The notes under the pieces were generated by a model. That model saw only the letters and a program-made list of their open reading frames with translations. It searched no databases and was not told the DNA's origin. Shown piece after piece: positions 8,432 to 15,711 of a stretch of DNA of 33,702 bases; within the stretch, counting starts at the first letter, position 1, and each line of letters starts with the position of its first letter. The DNA is from Acidobacteriota bacterium (GTDB lineage Bacteria > Acidobacteriota > Vicinamibacteria > Vicinamibacterales > JAENWD01), in assembly GCA_046731935.1 (NCBI GenBank), contig JBKPMA010000256.1, positions 1-33,702 on the forward strand, read 5' to 3'. The position numbers and the translations under genes were made by a program.

Positions 8432-9301
8432 GTGATCGATCTCCACATTCACAGCACAGCCTCCGACGGATGGCATTCGCCCGGCGCGGTCGTCGGTCTG
8501 GCCGCTGCTGCTGGCCTGACGACGATGGCCCTGACCGACCACGATACGCTCGGCGGGTGGCCGGAGGCGTCTGCTGGCGCGGCCTCGCTCGGCGTGCGGC
8601 TCCTTACCGGGATCGAAATCACCGCAGTCCACAACGGCCGCGACATCCATATCCTGGGTTACGGCATGGATCCAGCGTACGAGCCGCTGCTCGTATTCCT
8701 CGTGCGGCAACGCGAGAATCGTGTCGCGCGTGTGCGGGAGATCGCACGCCGGCTGGCGGCGCGGGGAGTACCCATCGACCTTGAGGCGGTGCTCGCTGCG
8801 AGCCGCACTCGAGACGGCTCGGCGATCGGACGGCCGACCATCGCGCGTGCCCTCGTCGAGGCGGGTCATGTGCCTGACATCAACGCCGCATTCACCACCT
8901 GGCTTGGCTTCGGACGGCCCGCATTCGTGTCGAGAGCCGGCGAGACGCCGGCTGCGGTGATCGCGCTCATCCGCCGCGCCGGAGGCCTTGCCTCGCTCGC
9001 ACATCCAGTGCTGCTCCGCGGAGATGGCCTCATCGAACCGCTCGTCGCCAGCGGACTGAACGCGCTCGAGGCCTATCACAGCGAGCACCTTCCCGAAGAC
9101 ACGGAGCGCTACCGCACGATGGCGCGCCGCCTCAACGTCGCCGTGACAGGAGGATCAGATTTTCACGGCGATCCGGCGCACGGCAGCGCACGCCTCGGCA
9201 CGATGACGCTGCCGTCCGAGGACTTCGAGCGCTTCGATGACGCGCTGCAGCGTGCTGCGCGCGCGTATGCCTCCGAGGTGAAAGAGGATCCGCATGACTG
9301 A
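8432..9301 (+). CDS. PHP-domain metallophosphoesterase (TrpH/YciV-like)
   Basis: DLHIHSTASDG, LTDHDT, GIEIT, HILGY, LAHP, GGSDFHG. Confidence 0.93.
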   Translation: MIDLHIHSTASDGWHSPGAVVGLAAAAGLTTMALTDHDTLGGWPEASAGAASLGVRLLTGIEITAVHNGRDIHILGYGMDPAYEPLLVFLVRQRENRVARVREIARRLAARGVPIDLEAVLAASRTRDGSAIGRPTIARALVEAGHVPDINAAFTTWLGFGRPAFVSRAGETPAAVIALIRRAGGLASLAHPVLLRGDGLIEPLVASGLNALEAYHSEHLPEDTERYRTMARRLNVAVTGGSDFHGDPAHGSARLGTMTLPSEDFERFDDALQRAARAYASEVKEDPHD

Positions 9302-10019
9302 GACGCCGGCACTCGAATTCGTCGGCGTCGTGAAGCAGTACGGCGCCCTGCGGCCGCTGCGGATGGCAGCACTCGCGGTGCCACCACGGGCAATCGTTGC
9401 GGTGAAGGGCCTGGATGCGCCCGCCGCGGAGACGTTCGTGAATCTCGCGACCGGGGCGACCCTCCCTGACGAAGGCGAGGTGCGCGTGTTCGGCAGATCC
9501 ACCGCGGCGGTGTCGGATGCCGACGAGTGGCTCACGTGGCTCGATCGCTTCGGGATCGTGACCGATCGCGCGGTGCTCCTCGAGGATCTGACGGTCGCGC
9601 AGAATCTGGCGATGACGTTTTCGCTGGACGTCGATCCCATGACCGCCGAGTTGCGCAGGACGGTCACAGAGATTGCGACCATCGTCGGCCTCGAGCCAGC
9701 GCTGCTCGATCGGAAGATCGCGACCATCGGTGCACTCGATCGCGCGCGCGTGCGGCTCGGCCGGGCCGTCGCGCTCGGGCCGACGCTCTTGCTCCTCGAA
9801 CACCCCAGTTCAACGCTCACGGGCGAAGAGGCCGTCGCTTTTGCCGCTGATGTGCGGCGCGTCGTCGACCTCCGGCAGCTGAGCGTTATTGCGCTGACGG
9901 CCGACGCGGCGTTCGCCTCTGCCATGACGCCGGACGTGCGAACGCATGTTCCCGCCAGCGGCGCAGTCACCGCGGATGGCGGCACGTGGACGCGCGTACG
10001 CCGATTGCTCGGGCGCTGA
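9294..10019 (+). CDS. ABC ATPase-fold protein with degenerate catalytic motifs
   Basis: ABC scaffold (LEFVGVVKQYG, PDEGEVRVFG, LTVAQNL, RVRLGRAVALGPTLLLLEHP) without Walker A GKS/T, LSGGQ, Walker B D-E or H-loop His. Confidence 0.75.
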   Translation: MTETPALEFVGVVKQYGALRPLRMAALAVPPRAIVAVKGLDAPAAETFVNLATGATLPDEGEVRVFGRSTAAVSDADEWLTWLDRFGIVTDRAVLLEDLTVAQNLAMTFSLDVDPMTAELRRTVTEIATIVGLEPALLDRKIATIGALDRARVRLGRAVALGPTLLLLEHPSSTLTGEEAVAFAADVRRVVDLRQLSVIALTADAAFASAMTPDVRTHVPASGAVTADGGTWTRVRRLLGR

Positions 10020-10233
10020 ACAACTCCCTCTCGCGACTTAGCTTCCAACGCGAACTGTCGTCGTCGGCTACACCAGTGCTCGCCCGCGTACGGAACCAAT
10101 CGCGTCGAGTGCGCACATTCAGGCCAAACACGTTGGTTTCAACTTCGATCGGCTGAATCGCGCCGCGCGCGGTACTGGAACGGAACTTGATAGTCGACTC
10201 GGGCCGGTATGCCCGCCGACGGAGGACGACTCG

Positions 10234-10440
10234 ATGCCGAATGGATCCATCAAGCGCCTCGTGCGCGACCGCGGATTTGGATTCATCCGCGACGACAACG
10301 GACTTGAATGGTTTTTTCATCGCACTGCCGTGACCGACGGCACGTTCGATCAGCTGAATGAGGGCCAGCGCGTTTCGTTTGAAGAGGAACCCTCAGCGAA
10401 GGGCCCGCGAGCGGGCAACGTGCGAGGGCAAGCGGCGTAG
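10234..10440 (+). CDS. Cold-shock domain protein
   Basis: RGFGFI (RNP1), FFHRTA (RNP2), LNEGQRVSF, KGPRAGNV; GGAGG RBS. Confidence 0.93.
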   Translation: MPNGSIKRLVRDRGFGFIRDDNGLEWFFHRTAVTDGTFDQLNEGQRVSFEEEPSAKGPRAGNVRGQAA

Positions 10441-10511
10441 GTCTCTCACCTGCAATTCAGTTCGGCGCGGTTTCACACGGTCCACATCGCCGCGTCGCTC
10501 GCGGCTCAGCC

Positions 10512-10528
10512 ACGGCACGGCTCCTGCA
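10512..10528 (+). promoter_or_regulatory. Possible sigma-54 -24/-12 promoter, overlapping an inverted repeat at 10508-10547
   Basis: CGGCACGGCTCCTGCA = GG-N10-GC, close to TGGCACG-N4-TTGCW; upstream of the AI-2E gene. Confidence 0.3.
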
Positions 10529-10690
10529 GTTCAAACCGGCCGTGGCTTTCCATTCCTCCGTCCGACAGCCGAGTTGGCGCGTCAGTACCGCTCGTTGGCG
10601 CCGAAATCAGCCAACGCTCGCTGATCGTCCTTGTATGAGATGCACTTCAGCTGTCGAGCTCGTGCAGGTTTTGCTTTGACCCCGCCGCGC

Positions 10691-11848
10691 ATGAGCGATC
10701 TGAGTAGCGGCGATGCCGCTCGTTCGGATGAGTCGCGAGACAAACGGCGAGAAGGCGCACTGTCGTTTATCGTCGGCAACATCGAGCGTGCCGTCGCACC
10801 GATGCGAATGCTGGCGTTGCTGGCGTTCCTGCTCACGCTGTGGTGGTGTCAGGCCGTCCTCATTCCAATCGTCCTCAGCATTCTGATTAGTTATGCGCTC
10901 GATCCGCCTGTGGCGCGCCTGGTGGCATGGCGGGTCCCACGTGCGTTGGCAGTGCTCCTCGTCATGTGTACGCTGCTCGGCGTCTTCGGCGGCTGCGCGT
11001 ATGCCTTGCGCGGTCAAGCCACTGCGTTCGTCGAGCGCATTCCTTCGGCAGCCCACATGGTGTCGCAGACCATCAGCGCCATCACGCGCGGAGAACCCGG
11101 TACGCTGCAGCGCATGCAGGCTGCCGCGCGCGAGCTCGAGGTCGCAACGGCTGGACGCCGTGCGAAGGACGGCGTCACCCCGGTTCGCGTCGAAGAGCCG
11201 ACGTTTCGATGGTCCGATTGGCTCTGGAGCGGCTCTCGCAGCGCGGGTGAATTCCTCGCGCAGATGTTTTCGGTTCTCTTCCTGACGTACTACCTGCTCG
11301 CGGCCGGCGATCTCTTCAAGCGGAAGCTGGTGCGCATGGTGCCCACGCTCTCCGACAAGCGCGTGACCGTCCAGATCCTGAACGACATCGATCGCCAGAT
11401 CGAACGCTTCCTGCTGGCGCGCGCCGCTGTCAGCTTCATCGTCGGCGTCGTCGTGTGGGGGGCATTTCTGCTCCTCGGCGTGGACGATGCGGCCGTATGG
11501 GGAGTCGTGGGAGGAGTGCTGGTCGCAGTTCCGCTCGTCGGCCCGACGTTCCTGGTTGTGGCCGCCGGCGTCGCCGCATTCGTCCAGTTCGGATCGCTAC
11601 CCATGGCGGCAACGGTCTCGGGCGTGTGCATCGTGATCGGCGCGCTCGAAGGCAACGTGCTCACGCCGTGGCTGATGAGCAAAGTCGGTGAGATGAACGC
11701 CGCCGCTGTTTTTATCAGCCTGCTCTTCTGGGGATGGATCTGGGGACTCTGGGGGCTGCTACTGGCGGTGCCGATCACCGCGGCTATCAAGGCCGTGTGC
11801 GACCGCGTGGAGGATCTGGGACCGATCGCGGAGCTGCTCAAAGAGTGA
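10691..11848 (+). CDS. AI-2E family transporter (PerM/TqsA-like)
   Basis: LIPIVLSILISYALDPPV, EGNVLTPWLM, FWGWIWGLWGLLLAVPITA; start uncertain. Confidence 0.9.
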   Translation: MSDLSSGDAARSDESRDKRREGALSFIVGNIERAVAPMRMLALLAFLLTLWWCQAVLIPIVLSILISYALDPPVARLVAWRVPRALAVLLVMCTLLGVFGGCAYALRGQATAFVERIPSAAHMVSQTISAITRGEPGTLQRMQAAARELEVATAGRRAKDGVTPVRVEEPTFRWSDWLWSGSRSAGEFLAQMFSVLFLTYYLLAAGDLFKRKLVRMVPTLSDKRVTVQILNDIDRQIERFLLARAAVSFIVGVVVWGAFLLLGVDDAAVWGVVGGVLVAVPLVGPTFLVVAAGVAAFVQFGSLPMAATVSGVCIVIGALEGNVLTPWLMSKVGEMNAAAVFISLLFWGWIWGLWGLLLAVPITAAIKAVCDRVEDLGPIAELLKE

Positions 11849-11871
11849 GCCGCGGCGCAGAGCGATGTGAA

Positions 11872-11965
11872 TGGCGGAAGCGCCTGGGAGTCGAACCCAG
11901 CCTTCCCGCAAGCGGGAAGCGCCGATTTTGAAGACCGGGAGGGCCACCGGGCCCCCTTCGCTTCC
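11872..11965 (-). tRNA. selC: tRNA-Sec (anticodon UCA)
   Basis: 94 nt: GGAAGCGA AG GGGGCC-CGGT-GGCCCT CCCGGT-CTTCAAA-ATCGGC, long variable arm CTTCCCG-CTTG-CGGGAAG, CTGGG-TTCGACT-CCCAG, GCGCTTCC G CCA. The 6-bp D stem with 4-nt loop and G73 are typical of SelC. Confidence 0.96.
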
Positions 11966-12039
11966 GTAGTCGGAAAAAGAAATACGTGAAGTGTGCCGGC
12001 CGTGCCGAGGCGGGTCGGACCAGAGTGAGACGATGACGG

Positions 12040-12070
12040 CGGCGGCCCGGCCGGGAAGCCGGGCCTGCCG
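12040..12070. other. GC-rich hairpin between the csp gene and selC
   Basis: GGCCCGGC-CGGGAA-GCCGGGCC, extendable; no U-tract. Confidence 0.4.
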
Positions 12071-12071
12071 A

Positions 12072-12278
12072 TTAGCTCTCCAGCAGCCGGACGTCGCCGG
12101 CGCGTGGCCCCTTCGGTGAGTCTTCGGGCGTGAACTCGACGCGTTGACCCTCGCGCAACAGCTCGAAGACCGAATGACGCACGGCGCTTCGATGGAAGAA
12201 ATGTTCGACGCCACTCTCGTCGCGAATGAACCCAAACCCCTTGTCGATCAAGAGCCGTGCGATGGTGCCGGTCGGCAT
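12072..12278 (-). CDS. Cold-shock domain protein (second paralog)
   Basis: MPTGTIARLLIDKGFGFI, FFHRSA, LREGQRVEF, KGPRAGDV; GGAGG RBS before ATG 12278. Confidence 0.93.
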   Translation of the reverse strand: MPTGTIARLLIDKGFGFIRDESGVEHFFHRSAVRHSVFELLREGQRVEFTPEDSPKGPRAGDVRLLES

Positions 12279-12365
12279 GCGTATCCTCCGCTCCCCGCCC
12301 ACCGCGCCCGCCGCAAATGTCTCAGCGAATCGCGGTTATCGGCCTGTCGAGGTCGAATCTGCGCC

Positions 12366-12395
12366 ACTATAGGGACGAAATCCGACGAAAGTCAA
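12366..12395 (-). promoter_or_regulatory. Sigma-70 promoter of the second csp gene
   Basis: TTGACT-N18-TATAGT, implying a 5' UTR of about 80 nt. Confidence 0.7.
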
Positions 12396-12400
12396 GGTAA

Positions 12401-12544
12401 CTACGCTACGAAAGTCCCCACGTTCCAGCCCGGTTCTTCGTCCTCGTCCTCCTCCTCTTCGTCGTCCAAATCCTCGTCATCTTCGTCGTCGTAGACCTCA
12501 TCATCGTCGTCGGAGGATTGGTCTGCGAACAGGCGTGTCCCCAT
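12401..12544 (-). CDS. 47-aa highly acidic microprotein, unknown function
   Basis: MGTRLFADQSSDDDDEVYDDEDDEDLDDEEEEDEDEEPGWNVGTFVA; GGAGGT SD 6 nt upstream; own promoter; fills the intergenic gap. Confidence 0.7.
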   Translation of the reverse strand: MGTRLFADQSSDDDDEVYDDEDDEDLDDEEEEDEDEEPGWNVGTFVA

Positions 12545-12563
12545 GAGGTGACCTCCGCTGGAA

Positions 12564-12591
12564 ATTCTACGCCTGCTCGGGCCTCTGTGAA
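12564..12591 (-). promoter_or_regulatory. Sigma-70 promoter of the acidic microprotein
   Basis: TTCACA-N16-TAGAAT. Confidence 0.55.
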
Positions 12592-12635
12592 CCTCGAACG
12601 CACGGGACCCCGCGGGCGCTAGACTGCTCGACGAG

Positions 12636-13295
12636 ATGAGAGCGGTGCCGCCACCGACCCTTCCGGCGATCGTGTTGGCTGCGGGCCAGTCGCGACGCAT
12701 GGGCCGGCCCAAGAGCGCCCTTCCTGCTGGCGACAGCCATACGTTCGCCTCGCGCATCGCCGAGACCCTCGAGGCGTCCGGTCTCGCGCCCATCGTGTTC
12801 GTGACCAGCACGGATGGGACAGCCGTACTGGATGGCGCCCTTGGCCGGTGGCGAGCGCGCGTTGGCGTGATTGAAAATCCGCACCCGGAGCGGGGACAGC
12901 TTTCGACATTGCGCTGCGGTCTGGAGCATCTTGGCGTCGCGCTGCCGGCCGCGCTCGTGACGCTGATCGACGTGCCGTTCACGACCACGCGCACGATTGG
13001 CGATCTCATTGCCGAGTGGCATGCGGATCACGCGCCTGTCGTACGGCCCTCCAGCGGTGATCGGCACGGCCATCCCATTGTGATCGGCACGGAAGCGATC
13101 CACGCCCTGGCGAACGCAGATCCCGAGACACACACGATGCGCGACGTGCTGGGGCTGTTCGCGGGTCGTCGGCGCGAGGTTGCTGTCGACGAGGCATGGC
13201 GGCTTGCGGACATCGACACGCCGGCGGAACACGAGGACGCGCTGCGCGAGTTCATGATCCGTGCACGAACGTCGGATGGCCCGGACGCAACGTGA
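12636..13295 (+). CDS. MobA/MocA-like nucleotidyltransferase (NTP_transf_3)
   Basis: IVLAAGQSRRMGRPK, NPHPERGQLSTLRCG, DVP, GHP, DIDTPAE; the NPxxxxGxxxS/T motif favours the MocA/YgfJ type. Confidence 0.85.
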   Translation: MRAVPPPTLPAIVLAAGQSRRMGRPKSALPAGDSHTFASRIAETLEASGLAPIVFVTSTDGTAVLDGALGRWRARVGVIENPHPERGQLSTLRCGLEHLGVALPAALVTLIDVPFTTTRTIGDLIAEWHADHAPVVRPSSGDRHGHPIVIGTEAIHALANADPETHTMRDVLGLFAGRRREVAVDEAWRLADIDTPAEHEDALREFMIRARTSDGPDAT

Positions 13296-13695
13296 CGAAC
13301 AACGGCGCGACACCGAATACCGCAAGCATGTACATCATTCCAGCGGGCGCGCGGTTGATGCAGGTGAAATGCACATGGGTGCCGGCCGGCGCGATGAATT
13401 CAACCGTCTTCCAGACCAGCGTGTTGTTGGCGCGGAGCCGGTGCGGGCCGGGCTCGATATCGCACGTGAAGGTCTGCCCGAAGAACAGTTGTGTGAGCCG
13501 CTTTCCGTCGAGCGACATGATTACCTGACGGTCGCGGACGTCGTCGGGGGACGTGCGGTGGATCGTGAGACGCGTCTGTAGATCCGGCGGCGGCTCGTCG
13601 GTGCCCAGCAGACGTTCGATGATTGCCTCGGGCTCGAGCACCGCTGTGGGCGGCCGCTGTGCGCCTGGCGTCTGGATACGGCCCGAGTCTGTCAT
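13252..13695 (-). CDS. Hypothetical protein with small beta-rich domain and C-terminal hydrophobic segment
   Basis: Start overlaps the GT-C stop (ATGA coupling); LDGK...IEPGPHRLRA pattern. Confidence 0.7.
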   Translation of the reverse strand: MTDSGRIQTPGAQRPPTAVLEPEAIIERLLGTDEPPPDLQTRLTIHRTSPDDVRDRQVIMSLDGKRLTQLFFGQTFTCDIEPGPHRLRANNTLVWKTVEFIAPAGTHVHFTCINRAPAGMMYMLAVFGVAPLFVTLRPGHPTFVHGS

Positions 13696-15572
13696 TGGCT
13701 CAAGGGTTCAATCCGTGCGTACCAGAGCCGGAACGCCACGGGGGTCGTCGTGTCCAGCGATGCGAAATTCGCGCCGGCGTCGACCGCCGCCACCGTGTGT
13801 GTGGCGACGAGATCGATCGTATTGAGAAAGGCGCGCGGAGTGCCCGCCGGAATCGTAAACCTGTACGCGCCGACACGTCCGGGCGTGCGGGTGAATGCCA
13901 CGGTGCCGAGCGGCTGCCGGTTCAGGAACACCGAGACGGACGGCTGTCTCAGCGGGTCCTTCGTCTCCGCGGGATCCATTCTCAAGGTGAGCAGCAGCGG
14001 TCCAGCCGACGGGAGAGGCACGCGGATGCTGACGTGTTCACGCTCCGCGGCTCTGAGCTCCACGCCATTTCTGCCCGACGGCCGCGACCATGCGCCGGCG
14101 AAAAACAGGCTATCGCGTGGGCCCGCCGCGATCATGGCCGCCTCTCCGGACTGCAGCGACTCGCGCGCCACGAAGAACGGAAGCGCGAAGTAGATCGGCG
14201 CGATCACCAGCGATGCTGCCGCAAGCCCGGCCGCCGGCCACTGAAACGATCTCAGCCAGGCACCACGTGACAGCGGCGAGCTTCTGAACAATCGGACTGC
14301 AGCCACCACACGCCTGACGATGTCACACGCCAGCACGAGATAGATCGGGTACGCGTGTTCCGTGAAACGCCATTCCCGGCCGCCGCCGACCGTCCAGGTC
14401 AGCGCGTATGGGATCAGCGACGAGAAGAGGAGCACGAGCAGCAAACGCCCATCGGGAACGAGCAGGGCGGCCACCATCCCAGCGGCGGCGAGCCAGAAAA
14501 GACAGCCTCCCAACCCCTGGATCCATGCGTTGTACGACTCCCACTTGTTGAACATCGGGTACGTGAAGAGTCCGCCCGCCAGCGTGTCGATCGACGTGAG
14601 CGGGCGAGTCACGAGCTTCGTCCGTACGTACGACGCCGCACTCACCGACTCGTCTTTCTTCAGTCCTTCGGCCGCGCGGTAGTAGCGCGTGTGATAGTTC
14701 ACGGCGTACAGCGGATCGCCGTATTGCTGTGCACACGCGATGAGGTACGGCGCGACGAGCGCCAGGGTAACGACGCCACTAAGGGCGACTGCGCGCGCCA
14801 CGCGTTTTCGTTCGGAACGTTCGGCTTCAACGAGGATCCACGCCAGACCCGGCACGAGGAACGTGATTGAGGTGATGCGCGTTAGGCTTGCCGCAGCGCC
14901 GATGGTGCCGGCAGCCACGGCCCGGGCGTCGGTCGGACGCTGCTGGAGCCGCACGAGCTGCCAGGCAGCGAGTGTCACGAACAATGCGAACGTGTCGTCG
15001 CGCCATCCACCGACGCTCCAACGGATGGCGTCGATCTCGATCGCCATCAGCAGGCCTGCGAAGAGCCCTACGGGCGCGGAGCCGTATGTCCACCCCAGCA
15101 GGATCGTCGCGAGCACAACGAGCGTCGACGCGAATGCCGACGCTGCGCTGAGCCCGACGTCCGCATCCGAGAAGATCCACAACCAGAGCTTGGCGAGCGC
15201 GAGAAAAACCGGTTCGCGCACATGCGCCTGATAGAAGTTCGTCATCTCCCGCGCGAAGCGCAGGTAGTTGATGGGATCGCCGCCCACATACGGGACGGCC
15301 ACCGGCGTCCATTTGACCGATTGCGGACGGAGTGCGGCGCCGACCCGCGCCGCACCGTCGATGACGTGCGTCCACGCCGGCCGCGGCTGCTGTCCGTACT
15401 TGCCGACGAACGCGTCTGCGCGGAGGACGATCGCGATGAGCACGATGACTGCGGCGAGAGTCGGCATCAACCACCGCCGCAACTGGTGTACGGCAGCGGC
15501 CCGCGATCCGGATGGGTCGCGATCGTGTCCGGCGGTAAAGTCGTCGGTCAGTCGGGGTGCGGAGCTGTTCAC
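13692..15572 (-). CDS. GT-C fold membrane glycosyltransferase (ArnT/PMT_2-like)
   Basis: Many TM helices, GGDPINY first-loop motif, REPVF, WRDD, SLTR; C-terminal soluble beta domain. Confidence 0.75.
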   Translation of the reverse strand: MNSSAPRLTDDFTAGHDRDPSGSRAAAVHQLRRWLMPTLAAVIVLIAIVLRADAFVGKYGQQPRPAWTHVIDGAARVGAALRPQSVKWTPVAVPYVGGDPINYLRFAREMTNFYQAHVREPVFLALAKLWLWIFSDADVGLSAASAFASTLVVLATILLGWTYGSAPVGLFAGLLMAIEIDAIRWSVGGWRDDTFALFVTLAAWQLVRLQQRPTDARAVAAGTIGAAASLTRITSITFLVPGLAWILVEAERSERKRVARAVALSGVVTLALVAPYLIACAQQYGDPLYAVNYHTRYYRAAEGLKKDESVSAASYVRTKLVTRPLTSIDTLAGGLFTYPMFNKWESYNAWIQGLGGCLFWLAAAGMVAALLVPDGRLLLVLLFSSLIPYALTWTVGGGREWRFTEHAYPIYLVLACDIVRRVVAAVRLFRSSPLSRGAWLRSFQWPAAGLAAASLVIAPIYFALPFFVARESLQSGEAAMIAAGPRDSLFFAGAWSRPSGRNGVELRAAEREHVSIRVPLPSAGPLLLTLRMDPAETKDPLRQPSVSVFLNRQPLGTVAFTRTPGRVGAYRFTIPAGTPRAFLNTIDLVATHTVAAVDAGANFASLDTTTPVAFRLWYARIEPLSQ

Positions 15573-15711
15573 TGTCTTGTGACCCGGCGCTCCATGCTCA
15601 CGCGGCTGGCGCCAACGACGTCACGGATGCGGTCCTCAAGACACTACTCTACAGGCCCTTCGGCCCGTGCTGCCGCTCGTTGTCCGCACGGCCAGGTGGC
15701 GGAGGCGTGCC

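Noticed and set aside
11872-11900. selC as an integration site for a genomic island
   Set aside because: No integrase, no duplicated tRNA 3' end seen, and no evident composition shift
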